A stretch of 63,865 nucleotides of DNA, filler included, from an uncultured Methanosarcinales archaeon (GCA_964472345.1; 4 parts of 4 records of this genome joined end to end with filler, not necessarily neighbours in it); one strand, 5' to 3'; positions 27,323-37,829 are shown, numbered from the whole stretch's first letter. Made by a program: numbers and translations. The notes: generated from the letters alone by a model not told the origin.

Positions 27323-28006
27323 TTGATGATGATGGGAATGCTTGTTCAGGAGAAGGCGGTGGTGGCGCCGGGCGAAGCCATCGCAGAAGGCATGGATTAC
27401 CTGCCCGGAGAGTTTACGTACCGGATCGGCGAGAAAATCATCGCCAAGCGGCTCGGTCTCGTCGAGGTTGCCGGGCGGGCGGTGAAGCTGATCCCCCTGT
27501 CCGGACGCTACCTGCCGAAGGTCGGGGACACGATCATCGGCAATGTGTACGACATCACGCTGAGCGGATGGCTGCTGAACACAAACTCGGCGTACAACGC
27601 GATGCTCAACATCAAGGACACGACGCGCTTCATCCGCAAAGGAGATGACCTGACGCGGTATATCGACGTGGGCGATTACATCCGCGCCAAGATCGTCAAT
27701 GTGACGTCGCAGTATGTCGTTGACGTGACGCTGAAGGAGCCCGGCCTGAACAAGCTGAACGGGGGCAGGATCATCAGGGTCAGCCCCAGCAAGGTTCCGC
27801 GCGTGATCGGGAAGCAGGGCAGCATGGTCATGCTCATCAAGGAGAGGACCCGCTGCTCAATCGCGGTCGGCCAGAATGGCGTCGTCTGGATCCAAGGAGA
27901 AAATCCCGATGATGAGCTGCGCGCGGTGAACGCGATCAGGAAAATCGAGGCGGAAGCGCACATCGAAGGGTTAACCGAGCGCATCACCCGGTTTTTGGAG
28001 ACGTGA
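27323..28006 (+). CDS. rrp4: Exosome RNA-binding subunit Rrp4
   Basis: YLPKVGDTIIG (S1), KVPRVIGKQGSM (KH), GQNGVVW. Confidence 0.95.
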   Translation: MMMMGMLVQEKAVVAPGEAIAEGMDYLPGEFTYRIGEKIIAKRLGLVEVAGRAVKLIPLSGRYLPKVGDTIIGNVYDITLSGWLLNTNSAYNAMLNIKDTTRFIRKGDDLTRYIDVGDYIRAKIVNVTSQYVVDVTLKEPGLNKLNGGRIIRVSPSKVPRVIGKQGSMVMLIKERTRCSIAVGQNGVVWIQGENPDDELRAVNAIRKIEAEAHIEGLTERITRFLET

Positions 28007-28728
28007 TCATGATGGCATACAAGCAAAGGTTTGACGGCCGCGGCTGGGATGAGCTGCGCCCGATTGAGGCAAAGGCAGGCGTGATCAGGAACGCGGACGG
28101 AAGCGCGCTGTTCCGCATCGGCAGGACAACAGCGATCGCTGCGGTATACGGGCCGCGCGACCTGCATCCGAGGTTCCTGCAGGACCCCAAGAAAGGCAGA
28201 CTGCGCTGCTACTACAACATGATGCCCTTTTCCGGCATGGGCGACCGCGTGCGCCCCGGCGGCTCGCGGCGCAGCAAGGAGATCAGCATGGTGATGGAAA
28301 AAGCGCTGCTGCCGGTGCTTGACCTGAAGGGCTTTCCCAATGCGGTGATCGACGTCTTTATCGAGCTGCCGCAGACGGATGCCGGATCGCGCTGTGCGGC
28401 AATCTGCGCGGCTGCGATGGCATTGGCGGACGCCGGGCTGGTGATGACTGACATGGTCAGCGCGGTCGCGGTCGGCAAGGTGGACGACCGGATCGTCACC
28501 GACCTCACGTACGAAGAAGAATCTTATGAAGAAGGCCCGGTCACGGACATCCCCGTCGCGATGCTCTACAACACGAAGGATATCACGCTGCTCCAGATGG
28601 ACGGCGAGATCTCGAAGGAAGACCTGCACAAGGCGCTTGAGCTCGCAAGGGACGCAACGACGAAGATTGCAGAGATCCAGATAGCGGCGCTCAAGCAGCG
28701 CTATGCGCGCCAGCAGGCAGGTGAATGA
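28003..28728 (+). CDS. rrp41: Exosome exonuclease Rrp41
   Basis: RFDGRGWDELRP, ADGSA, AVYGPR, DAGSR. Confidence 0.95.
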   Translation: MIMMAYKQRFDGRGWDELRPIEAKAGVIRNADGSALFRIGRTTAIAAVYGPRDLHPRFLQDPKKGRLRCYYNMMPFSGMGDRVRPGGSRRSKEISMVMEKALLPVLDLKGFPNAVIDVFIELPQTDAGSRCAAICAAAMALADAGLVMTDMVSAVAVGKVDDRIVTDLTYEEESYEEGPVTDIPVAMLYNTKDITLLQMDGEISKEDLHKALELARDATTKIAEIQIAALKQRYARQQAGE

Positions 28729-29510
28729 CCATGGACGAACAACTCAAGGAACACATGCTGAAACTGGTCCAGAACGGCAAGCGGGGCGACGGCCGCGGCC
28801 TGACCGAGTACCGCACCCCCATCACGGTGATGCAGGGGATCTCGCAGACCGCAGAAGGCAGCGCACAGGTGCAGATCGGCGACACGATCGTGATGGCGGG
28901 CGTGAAGCTGAGCATCGAGCGTCCGTATCCCGACACGCCGGAGCAGGGCAGCATCACGGTGAACGTCGAGCTGTATCCGCTGTCGAACCCCGACTATGAG
29001 CCGGGACCGCCCGGCATCTACGCGGTGGAGCTTGCGCGCGTTGTCGACCGCGGCATCCGCGAGGCAAAGGCCATCGATCTGAAGAAGCTCTGCATCGAGA
29101 AGGGCGAGAAGGCATGGACCGTGAACATTGACATTGTCACTATCAACGACGCAGGCAACCTGTTCGACGCCTGCGCATTGGCTGCGATTGCTGCGCTGCG
29201 CGACGCGGTGTTTCCGGCGTACGAGGATGGCAAGCTCGACTACGCCGCGAAGACCAAGAAGAAGCTGCCGCTGACGAAAGAGCCGGTTTCGGTGACCGTG
29301 AGCAAGCTCGGCAGCGCGCTGCTTGTCGACCCGGACTGCGACGAGGAGAAAGTGTGCGATGCGCGCCTGACCGTGGCAAGCACGCCGGAAGGGATGCTGA
29401 GTGCGCTCCAGAAGGGAGGAGATGCTCCCCTGACGCTCGCAGACATCGAGCGGATGGCCGGGCTTGCGCTTGAGAAGACGGCGTTTCTGCGCGGGAAGCT
29501 GGAAGGCTGA
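28725..29510 (+). CDS. rrp42: Exosome subunit Rrp42
   Basis: RGDGRGLTEYR, PYPDTP, ELARVVDRGIRE, DAGNLFDA. Confidence 0.95.
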   Translation: MTMDEQLKEHMLKLVQNGKRGDGRGLTEYRTPITVMQGISQTAEGSAQVQIGDTIVMAGVKLSIERPYPDTPEQGSITVNVELYPLSNPDYEPGPPGIYAVELARVVDRGIREAKAIDLKKLCIEKGEKAWTVNIDIVTINDAGNLFDACALAAIAALRDAVFPAYEDGKLDYAAKTKKKLPLTKEPVSVTVSKLGSALLVDPDCDEEKVCDARLTVASTPEGMLSALQKGGDAPLTLADIERMAGLALEKTAFLRGKLEG

Positions 29511-29515
29511 GCACC

Positions 29516-29740
29516 ATGGCGGAAGAGATGAGCTATTCACGGTATGAGAAGGCGCGCATGATCGGCTCGCGCGCGCTTCAGATCGCGATGGGAGCGCCGT
29601 TCCTTGTGACGCTGAGCGAGCAGGAGCTTGTGCAGATGCGCTACAGCCCGATTGAGATCGCGAAGCTCGAGTTTGACGCGGGAGTGATCCCCATCACCGT
29701 GCGCAGGCCGCTGCCGAAGATGGTGGGAAAGAAGGAGTAG
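29516..29740 (+). CDS. rpoK: RNA polymerase subunit K (Rpo6)
   Basis: RYEKARMIGSRALQIAMGAP, IPITVRR. Confidence 0.95.
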   Translation: MAEEMSYSRYEKARMIGSRALQIAMGAPFLVTLSEQELVQMRYSPIEIAKLEFDAGVIPITVRRPLPKMVGKKE

Positions 29741-29968
29741 GATCCTCTTTCGTTCGATGGCCGGCAATTGCTGACGATGCGGCCCTCTCTCGCTTAGGCC
29801 CAATCCCGGTCTGTTTGCGGAGCATGCCTCCTGAAAATGGGCGCCCGTTTGCCAGCCTAATGGTTCCATTGCTCTTTTGCGAGTGAGGATGACCGACACG
29901 TTCCCGCTGCAAAAAGACTCCCTCGCTTGCGATATATTTATATAGGTGTATGCATATACGTATGCAGT

Positions 29969-30199
29969 ATGGTCAAGGTCGTATCGCTGTCGGACCGCGC
30001 GTACACGAGCCTCAAAGGCATCAAAAGCGGAGAGGAGTCATTCTCTGATGTGGTGCTCCGGCTGGTGGTGGGCGAAGCCAAGCGCTCGCTGCTGGGATTC
30101 GCAGGGATGTGGAAAGGCCACGATGAATTCGCCGCGATATTCCGTGCTGTTGAAAAGGAGCGGAGGGGGTTCCGGAGCCGCGATGTTCTGATACCCTGA
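29969..30199 (+). CDS. vapB: VapB-family antitoxin
   Basis: MVKVVSLSDRAY...ESFSDVVLRL...LLGFAGMW; directly upstream of PIN toxin. Confidence 0.85.
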   Translation: MVKVVSLSDRAYTSLKGIKSGEESFSDVVLRLVVGEAKRSLLGFAGMWKGHDEFAAIFRAVEKERRGFRSRDVLIP

Positions 30200-30200
30200 G

Positions 30201-30596
30201 ATGTACTGCCTCGACACGAACATCGTAGTTGACTTTTTCCGCGGCGACGAACAAATCGCTGAAAAGATGCGAATGGCGGTTGCGCGCGGCTCTGCCATCG
30301 CGATCACGATCCTGACGGTTTGCGAACTCTATAAAGGAGTGTTCCAGTCGTCCCATGCCGAGGAGCACCTGAGCCAGCTTAATGGGTTTCTCGAATCGGT
30401 GAATATCCTTGGCCTGACACTGGGCGCCTGTGAGGTGTATGGGCGATTGTATAAAACGCTCAAGGATTCGGGGAAGCTCTCCCAGGAGTTTGATTTGCTC
30501 ATCGCAAGCATCGTCCAGGCGCACCGGTACACATTGGTGACAAGGAACATCAAGGACTTCACGAGATTCAATGAGCTTCAGGTAGAACGATGGTAA
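30201..30596 (+). CDS. vapC: VapC PIN-domain toxin
   Basis: LDTNIVVD, CELYKG, FDLLIAS, LVTRNIKDF. Confidence 0.92.
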   Translation: MYCLDTNIVVDFFRGDEQIAEKMRMAVARGSAIAITILTVCELYKGVFQSSHAEEHLSQLNGFLESVNILGLTLGACEVYGRLYKTLKDSGKLSQEFDLLIASIVQAHRYTLVTRNIKDFTRFNELQVERW

Positions 30597-30804
30597 AAAG
30601 ACGATGTCAAGATAATGGTGGTGGGAACGTCGTCGTGGCCAGTTCGCTCCGCCGATTTCCCGACGTGTTTTCGCAGGAGACTTGTCTGGCCTCATCGAAG
30701 GAAATCGGTTCCGACAAGCGATACAAGCAGTCGACAGCGTCGCTCACCATCAGTGGCCTTGACGACGACGCTCCCACTCAACTCGATATCGCCTGGTAAA
30801 AAGC

Positions 30805-31320
30805 TTACGGTTTCTGCACAGGCGTTTCCGAAGGCACATGGGCAGGCTCCGCTCCGCTGAACGCCTCGTCTGTCCTGCGCAGGTACTCCTTCACCCTGCC
30901 GAGGATGGAGGTGAGCAGGAAGCTTTCTCCCTTTTCGCGGAAGACCTCGCTCAATGGCGCGAACTCTGCGATGCGGTAGCCTGCCGCCGCGGCATCGACG
31001 AGCATGAGGTCCTTCAGCCGCTTCAGCTGCCGCCGGATGTTGCTGTGCGCGATGCCGAGCGCAGGAAGGGCATGCTGCGTGCGCAGCGCGATGACCTGCG
31101 TGCGGATGGCGTCCGAGGAAAGCTCCTGTTTCTGCGCGCGCGCCTGCAGGAGCACCATAAGAATGTCCACAATCACGTCGCGGCTGTCCCCGGGCTGCAG
31201 CAGGCCCACGCTGAGGCAAAGCTTGCGCACCAGCTCGCGCCCGCGCAGCTCCGCAGGCTTCTCGTACCGGCGCAGGGTCAGTTCAGCAATCGGCAGGTCC
31301 TTCGCGATGCGCTGAGGCAT
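30805..31320 (-). CDS. Conserved archaeal winged-helix protein
   Basis: ELTLRRYEKP...LCLSVGLLQPGDSRD...SNIRRQLKRLKD. Confidence 0.7.
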   Translation of the reverse strand: MPQRIAKDLPIAELTLRRYEKPAELRGRELVRKLCLSVGLLQPGDSRDVIVDILMVLLQARAQKQELSSDAIRTQVIALRTQHALPALGIAHSNIRRQLKRLKDLMLVDAAAAGYRIAEFAPLSEVFREKGESFLLTSILGRVKEYLRRTDEAFSGAEPAHVPSETPVQKP

Positions 31321-31473
31321 GGCTGATCGATTGGCGGTCGGCTTATTAAGGTTTCGGCTGCCCACCCCTTAAGCCGCACATGCCCATCGACGACAAATCG
31401 CCACAGGAACACCACCACTCAAAAAGAGAAATGCATAAAAGGGCGCTGCTTCCCCCTCCAGCAGTTCATTGGG

Positions 31474-34400
31474 GTGGATCCTATAACCGCAGCAAGCTCG
31501 AGGGGTTTCATTTACGTTCTGCCGGACGGCGCGCGGGGCAAGCACGTTTCAGCCATTGAAGTTGGGCCATTCCCTGAGGCGGACCTCGCGCAGGAACTGG
31601 ACCGTTTTTTCGGGACGCAGATTGCCGGTCTGACACGGATAGATGCCTACATCCTGGTCCACCCGGATGGGTTGGCCGGACTCGAAGGGCTTCTCCGCGG
31701 CGCGCCTTTTGTCGATCCCATCACCCATCGTGCAGCACTGAACGGGCCGCTTGCGCTCCAGCTCGGCATCCCGTTTGATTATATTCTGCAAAGCATGCTG
31801 CTCCCGGGGACAAGCGATGCCGAGGGCACCATTGCGCTTGGGCAGGCGTTCCGCGCGCTTGGCATGAAACCGGACAGCGGCGATGCCGGATTCCGCGCGC
31901 AGCAATACTTTCTCGCTGCAGAAAACATGACGCCTGAGCGGCTGCGTGCAATTGCTGATTTTCTCGCCAACCCCGAGCTTTTTGCCTCACGCATCCTTTC
32001 CAGATCGGAGTATGAAGCAGGAAGCCGCATTCATGTTCCCATCGTCACGCTCAAGCCTGACATCACCGTTGAGGAGTTTGATGTTGCGCAGATGTCAGGC
32101 GAAGGGCTTCTTGAACTCAACACGACACGGAAACTTGCCGCGTCACTGGAAGAGCTGCTCGCGTTCCAGCGGATGTACCGCGATGGGCAGTTTATCGCAA
32201 AGAGGCGGGAATCAGGCTTAACGGCAAGAGCGACCGATGTCGAGCTCGAGACGTGGTTTGGCCTGCGCTCCGAGCATTGCTTCCACAAGGAGTTCAATGC
32301 GCGCATCACCTTAGAAGATAGGGCAGAGGATCCCGTGTTCGCGAGCGCGCTGCAGCGAGGCTGGCTGGCACGCAATGGAAACGGGCAGTACGTCGTTGAA
32401 GACGGGGTTTTCAAAAGATTCATCGAAGAACCTGCACGCAACATATCTGAAAAGCTCCGGGTGCGGGGCAACAACTGGATGGTGAGCATGTTCGAGGATA
32501 ACTCCGGCGTCGTTCGCTACGATGACAATTTCATGATTGCCATAAAGTTCGAAACCCATAACTCACCATCGCAGATAGAGCCAATCCAAGGCGCAAAGAC
32601 AGGCATTGACGGCGTCAACCGCGACATATTCGGCACCATGCTGGGCACATTCGATGCGCTGGCGAACTTCTTTTTCTACTGCACCGGCGATCCGGACTAT
32701 GGTGGCTGGCTTCCTGCAGGTGTGAAGCATCCGTACGTCATCCTCAAGGGCATAACCCGCGGCGTGCGCGAGGGCGGCAATGAGATGCAGATTCCTACGC
32801 TCAACGGCGGCCTTATAACCGATCTGCGCTATATGGCCAAATGCCTCGTCTACTGCGGCACCGCCGGCTGGTCCCCTGTCGCGTCAGCGGATGGGAAAAG
32901 TTACACCAGCAAGCATCCTTCGCATAGCGATCTCGTCTTTGTCGCAGGCCAGGCAGTCGGCATTGATGGCGTCCACGGAGCGACGGAAAGCTCTTTAAGC
33001 GCAGGCGCGCATATCAGCCTCGGGCATGTGCAGGCAGACTTCTCTTTTATCCAGGCGAAGCTCAAGGGGTACATCCTTGACGTTGCGCGTTCGCTTCTCC
33101 TTACTTCAATCACGGATATGGGTGCGATGGGCCTCGGCTCAGCGTCCCACGAGACTGCGCGCTCCACGGGCGGCCTGGAGCTCGATTTGGCGCTGCATCC
33201 AAGAAAATACAGCGGCATAAATCCATGGCAGATCAACTGCTCCGAAACGCAGGACCGCATGCTGCTTGTCGCACCCCCCGAACATGAAGCTGAGCTTTTG
33301 AGGCGGGCAGCATTGCATGATGTCCAGGTCACGCGCCTCGGCCACTTAACAGATTCCGGCTATATCCATCTAACCTACGGAGGAAAAACCGTGGCGCTCT
33401 TCAACATCACTATGCTCTTCGACAAGGAGCCGCGCAGGCGCATGCATGCGGTATGGTCCGGCACGCCCCCACCCCAGCAACCTCCGGGCACGAAGAATTA
33501 TTCCCTTGAGGACTCCCTTTGCCTTGTCATGGCAAGGCCTGATATCGCTTCACGTGAATGGTTCTTCCGGCAAAAGGACTCTTCCGTCAAGGGCGCAACC
33601 ATCCTCAGCCCGCTGCTTGGCCTCCAGCAGGAAGTCGAATCAGATGCAACCATCCAGAAGCCCCTTGATACCGAAGGGCGCGATCATGGCGCGATTGCGT
33701 ACGCGCAGGGCATTGCACCGAAGCTTGCGGACATCGATCCTTACCTTGCGGCCCAGCGCTCTTTCCTTGATATGGTCGGCAAGATCATTGCCGTTGGCGG
33801 CGATTTGCCTGACCTAAGCACTCCGCGATGGGATGCCTGGGCGGTCTGTGGGAATTACTGCCAGCCGAATTCCGACGCAACCACGACGCTCAGCAGAGAT
33901 GCCGGCCACCGGAATCTTGCGGCGCTTGTGCGTGAGGCAATCGGCGTGCGCGAAGCCGTTGAAAAGCTGAACATCCCCGTGATTTCGGGCAAAGACAGCA
34001 TGAAATGCTCGGCGAAATACAAGGTAGACCCCTCTTTCACGCTTGACGACGTTCCACAGGATCTTCGCGAACAGGTCATCCTCGTGGAAAAAGAGAACGG
34101 CGAGCGCTGGGTAGAGCTTCATGACCCGCCGACGTATCTTGCATCCTGCGCAGTAAAGATAGAGGATTACAGGAAGTGCGTTGACCCCTCATTCAAGCAG
34201 GATGGCGACTTGATTTACGTCGTAGGCACAACCAAACCCCATCTCGGAGCCTCGCAGCTCCTGCAGGCCGCTGGCTACGCGGAGCAGGGCGCGCCGCTCA
34301 AAGGCGGAGAGGCGCCACGAGCGAATCTCGACGAATTTGTTGCTGCCGCGCGCGCAATCCACAGCGCTATTGACCAGGAGGTTGTCGCATCCTGCAGCTA

Positions 34401-34755
34401 CGTGCACAACGGCGGTCTCGCGACTGCGCTTGCAAAAGCTGCGCTTGCAGGCGAAAGAGGCGCTGCGGTTGATATCCGGTTTATCCCTCATAAGGGCTGT
34501 TCAACAGCCGAAGAGTTCCTGTACAGCGAGACGCCCGGGCGCTTTATTGTTACGGTCGATCCAAAAGATGAGCAGCGCTTTGAGCAGGCGCTTGGCACTG
34601 TCCCCTACGCACGTTTTGGCCGTGTTATCAATGCACGCAGCCTTGACGTATCAAAGCCCGATGGGACGCAGGAAACCGTCTCGCTGGAAAAGGTAAAGCG
34701 GCATTACCAAGGGACGCTGCGCTTCGGGCTACAGCCCGCTCTCTCACATGGTTAA
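31474..34755 (+). CDS. purL: Phosphoribosylformylglycinamidine synthase large subunit (divergent)
   Basis: SEHCFHKEF, KFETHNSPS, TDMGAMGL, SETQDRM, PVISGKDSM, SETPGRF. Confidence 0.9.
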   Translation: MDPITAASSRGFIYVLPDGARGKHVSAIEVGPFPEADLAQELDRFFGTQIAGLTRIDAYILVHPDGLAGLEGLLRGAPFVDPITHRAALNGPLALQLGIPFDYILQSMLLPGTSDAEGTIALGQAFRALGMKPDSGDAGFRAQQYFLAAENMTPERLRAIADFLANPELFASRILSRSEYEAGSRIHVPIVTLKPDITVEEFDVAQMSGEGLLELNTTRKLAASLEELLAFQRMYRDGQFIAKRRESGLTARATDVELETWFGLRSEHCFHKEFNARITLEDRAEDPVFASALQRGWLARNGNGQYVVEDGVFKRFIEEPARNISEKLRVRGNNWMVSMFEDNSGVVRYDDNFMIAIKFETHNSPSQIEPIQGAKTGIDGVNRDIFGTMLGTFDALANFFFYCTGDPDYGGWLPAGVKHPYVILKGITRGVREGGNEMQIPTLNGGLITDLRYMAKCLVYCGTAGWSPVASADGKSYTSKHPSHSDLVFVAGQAVGIDGVHGATESSLSAGAHISLGHVQADFSFIQAKLKGYILDVARSLLLTSITDMGAMGLGSASHETARSTGGLELDLALHPRKYSGINPWQINCSETQDRMLLVAPPEHEAELLRRAALHDVQVTRLGHLTDSGYIHLTYGGKTVALFNITMLFDKEPRRRMHAVWSGTPPPQQPPGTKNYSLEDSLCLVMARPDIASREWFFRQKDSSVKGATILSPLLGLQQEVESDATIQKPLDTEGRDHGAIAYAQGIAPKLADIDPYLAAQRSFLDMVGKIIAVGGDLPDLSTPRWDAWAVCGNYCQPNSDATTTLSRDAGHRNLAALVREAIGVREAVEKLNIPVISGKDSMKCSAKYKVDPSFTLDDVPQDLREQVILVEKENGERWVELHDPPTYLASCAVKIEDYRKCVDPSFKQDGDLIYVVGTTKPHLGASQLLQAAGYAEQGAPLKGGEAPRANLDEFVAAARAIHSAIDQEVVASCSYVHNGGLATALAKAALAGERGAAVDIRFIPHKGCSTAEEFLYSETPGRFIVTVDPKDEQRFEQALGTVPYARFGRVINARSLDVSKPDGTQETVSLEKVKRHYQGTLRFGLQPALSHG

Positions 34756-35611
34756 AGCATATATCATAACGGGACTCGGCATCGGCTGCCACGAAGAAGC
34801 CGCTCATGCCTACCGCAAAGCGGGAGCGGAAACCGAATTTGTCCACGCGCGGCAGCTTCTCTCCGGGGAGCGAGGGCTCTCGGGAGCCCAGATCCTCAAT
34901 TTCCCAGGCGGTCTCCTGCACGGCGATATTCTCGGTGCGGGCATGTGCGCAGCAAATGAGTTCGCCCATGCGGCCGACGGCAGGCAGCGCCTGAAGGATT
35001 CGCTTATCGCATTCGCGGAAAATGGAAATGTTGTCTATGGCCAGTGCAATGGCTTCCAGTTGCTGGTCAAGCTTGGGCTGCTCCCCGGCATAGGCGGCGA
35101 CTGCTCGCGCCAGACGGCCACCCTGACCTATAACGATTGCGGAAGCTACCGGGTCGCTCCGGTGCTGCATGCCGTTGATAAGCCCCATTTCGCTTTTGAG
35201 GGTATCAATGAAGCGTGGCTCTGGTGCAGGCACGGAGAGGGCAAGCTCCAGTTCCATTCAGGGCATGGGCTGGTGACACCTGAGGAAGGCGAGCGCAACC
35301 GGGAAATAACAAACCAACGCCACGTGCTGCTCCGCTATGCGCACCCGGCAACGCACCAGCCTACAGAAGAATTCCCCCACAATCCCAATGGCTCGGCCGA
35401 TGGCATCGCCGGACTGGTCAACAGCAACGGGAACATCTTCGGCCACATGGCCCATCCTGAGGTTGGTGTTTATGACTCCCGCGACCCACGATTTTTTGCG
35501 CTCAAAGACGCATGGCGGAGGCGGGGAATAAAAGCGGGTGATATCAGCGATCGGATGCTTGAAGGAATCGCTCTGGAGATTTTTAGGAATATTGTACGGC
35601 ATTTTGCCTGA
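34748..35611 (+). CDS. purQ: FGAM synthase glutaminase subunit
   Basis: FPGG..HGD, GQCNGFQLLV, RHGEGK, HNPNGS, MAHPE. Confidence 0.92.
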   Translation: MVKAYIITGLGIGCHEEAAHAYRKAGAETEFVHARQLLSGERGLSGAQILNFPGGLLHGDILGAGMCAANEFAHAADGRQRLKDSLIAFAENGNVVYGQCNGFQLLVKLGLLPGIGGDCSRQTATLTYNDCGSYRVAPVLHAVDKPHFAFEGINEAWLWCRHGEGKLQFHSGHGLVTPEEGERNREITNQRHVLLRYAHPATHQPTEEFPHNPNGSADGIAGLVNSNGNIFGHMAHPEVGVYDSRDPRFFALKDAWRRRGIKAGDISDRMLEGIALEIFRNIVRHFA

Positions 35612-35620
35612 GGTGGAACC

Positions 35621-35710
35621 ATGCCAAGAGAAGAGCTCACTGTTATGGTCGTTGACCACAGCGCGCGTGCACATGCAGTGGCCAGCAACGCGTTCATCAC
35701 AACTAAGTAA
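35621..35710 (+). pseudogene. Possible 5' remnant of purD
   Basis: GAGGTGG RBS overlapping the purQ stop; MPREELTVMVVDHSARAHAVA resembles the PurD N-terminal VLVVGSGGREHALA; stops after 29 aa. Confidence 0.4.
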
Positions 35711-35973
35711 TCACTTTCCGATAGAAACATATAAAAACCATTGCGCAATTCCGCGGCAAACGGGGGTGTGTATGATTCAGCAGACACGACGCGTTGGCAG
35801 GTTTCATTCTTCGGGCGGGGTGGTCTTATGGCCGTCCGCATAGGGTTTGTATCCACAATCACGGATACGCGGGCAAAAGTGCTGCACGAGCGCCTCCGGC
35901 GCGCAGGGAAAGAGCCGCCGCAAGAATGGCAATGGTTGGGGCTGTTCAGGAATGAGGTGAAGTAGTCTAGCTA

Positions 35974-37710
35974 ATGGGCACGCAAAAGAGGGATGACAGG
36001 AAAGTGGCCACTGTGGAAACGCCGGGGAGCGATTCGGGCGATTCTTATGTGCGCGGGACTATCCAAAAAGGTGACGAAGGCTCGGGACTCCTTGCGCGGT
36101 TGACGCAGGAAACATGGGGATTTAATGAACATGTTGTGCCGATTTCCAGCGGTATGGGGGGTATTGCTGCAGTTCAAATTCCTGAGACCCACATTGCGGT
36201 CGTTTACTCGACTAGTGGAGATCCAGCAAAAGTAGACCCTTATACCCATACGGCGTCGCTTGCTGCGCAGCTGTTTCGGCATGCACGGGAAAAAGGGATG
36301 ACTCCTCTCGGACTCTGGGATGTCATCGACTCAACAAGAGGTGATGAATCGCTCCTCGAGAAAGTAGTTCGTGGCCTCCACGGAGTCGCCCATGCAAACA
36401 ACTTTGCCATCCTCGGCGGGGAGAACGCCATCCTCGGCGATCGCGTTATGCTAACGGCGGGGGGATTAGTCAGGCCTTCGGCGAATGTTTCAGGGACGAT
36501 GATTGCGATGGTTGAAATGGGGAAAAAGGGCGATATTTTCACGAAAGGGATGAAAATCGAAAACGACGCTGATGGGGTGGAAGTCTTCCGTGGAGGTACA
36601 CAAATCGCTAGGTACGCAAATGGAGTGGAAGTGCATCGAGTCGCTTCTGACGGCAAGGAGCTTCTCTGCCTCGTCTTTGATCCCAAGGGGAGGCTTGTGG
36701 TGGGTGGCTCTGACGGTGTAGGGACAAAACTTGAGGTCTATGAACAAGATGGAAGGCGGTGGCTTGGAGTTCAGGACGCGGTTGCGATGGTCGCAGACGA
36801 TGCCGCACGGATGGATGCAGCGTTGCTGGGAATCTCAGGGGTTGTCGAAAGAACTGATAACCACCCTGTTGGCGGCATTCGAGACGCTGCGAACTACCTC
36901 TCTGTGCTGCTGGGCGTTCCCGCAGTATTCCAGCAGGAACGCGTGGCTGTTCCAAAGAAAGAGGTAAGAAAAAATAAAGATGGACAAGAGGAGGAAGTAG
37001 AGGCAGGATACAGAATTAAGCGGCTGCGCGGCCCAGAAGGCGCTGACGCCTACAACATCAACGCAACCGCCATCAGCGCCGCCGATGAGCAGCTGCTTCG
37101 GAACCCGCCGCGGCCGCGCGCAGGCGATTGCCTCGTCGTCATTGGCGGTAATGTGGAAAAACCAGGGAAGACTCGCTCTCTAACTGGAGAATATGCCAAT
37201 CCACGTTCGAATGGGTTCAGGGACCGGCGGGAGCGGATGGAAAGGCTTTATGGGAAGGAGTGGCACACCACGCCATTCGGGCGCGTGATGCTGGAGTATC
37301 TCGCACGACCTTCAACCGTCTTCTACCCGCTCGTGCACGGGCTGTGGCAAGGAGGACTAATCACCGCATTTTACCATATGAGCGGCGGTGCCCTTGAGGG
37401 AAAGCTCGCGCGGCCGCTCGCGAAGGAAGGGCTCTCGGTACGGATGAGAAAAGGGGATCTTCTCGAGCCTCACCCCCTTGAATATTTTTTTGTTGGCCAG
37501 CATGATGATGTCGCGGATGTTTATCGCAAGCTCCCGTTAGGAAGCGATGCTTTCGTAGCGACGAGAGATCCCGATCGCGTCATCGGGGAAGCGTTCAAGC
37601 AAGGTTTCCGCGCAAAGCGCATCGGGCAACTGGAACAAGTGGACAAAAGAATGGCCGGCGTCTATCTCCTCGTCGGGAAACGTGTCATCCATTTTTCCGG
37701 CAAGGACTAA
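35974..37710 (+). CDS. purM: PurM-like AIR synthetase with an extra N-terminal AIRS-like domain
   Basis: AILGGENAIL..ANVSGT in first half; SDGVGTKL, MVADDA, NPRSNGF and YHMSGGA in second half. Confidence 0.7.
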   Translation: MGTQKRDDRKVATVETPGSDSGDSYVRGTIQKGDEGSGLLARLTQETWGFNEHVVPISSGMGGIAAVQIPETHIAVVYSTSGDPAKVDPYTHTASLAAQLFRHAREKGMTPLGLWDVIDSTRGDESLLEKVVRGLHGVAHANNFAILGGENAILGDRVMLTAGGLVRPSANVSGTMIAMVEMGKKGDIFTKGMKIENDADGVEVFRGGTQIARYANGVEVHRVASDGKELLCLVFDPKGRLVVGGSDGVGTKLEVYEQDGRRWLGVQDAVAMVADDAARMDAALLGISGVVERTDNHPVGGIRDAANYLSVLLGVPAVFQQERVAVPKKEVRKNKDGQEEEVEAGYRIKRLRGPEGADAYNINATAISAADEQLLRNPPRPRAGDCLVVIGGNVEKPGKTRSLTGEYANPRSNGFRDRRERMERLYGKEWHTTPFGRVMLEYLARPSTVFYPLVHGLWQGGLITAFYHMSGGALEGKLARPLAKEGLSVRMRKGDLLEPHPLEYFFVGQHDDVADVYRKLPLGSDAFVATRDPDRVIGEAFKQGFRAKRIGQLEQVDKRMAGVYLLVGKRVIHFSGKD

Positions 37711-37829
37711 AGAGCGAAAAATGGGAAAAACTATGATGCCTCTCATCGGGAAGATCACACAAAGAGCATGAACCTGACACCCTTCTACCAGCCGAAGGAA
37801 ACGCCGATGCGGCTCGCGGGGGTGGCGGG

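Noticed and set aside
29741..29925. Intergenic stretch after rpoK as possible RNase P or SRP RNA
   Set aside because: Lacks the GAGGAAAGTCC and SRP helix-8 signatures, and I found no convincing closing stem
30590..30799. 69-aa ORF after vapC
   Set aside because: Possibly a gene tail remnant, but no identifiable family or start signal
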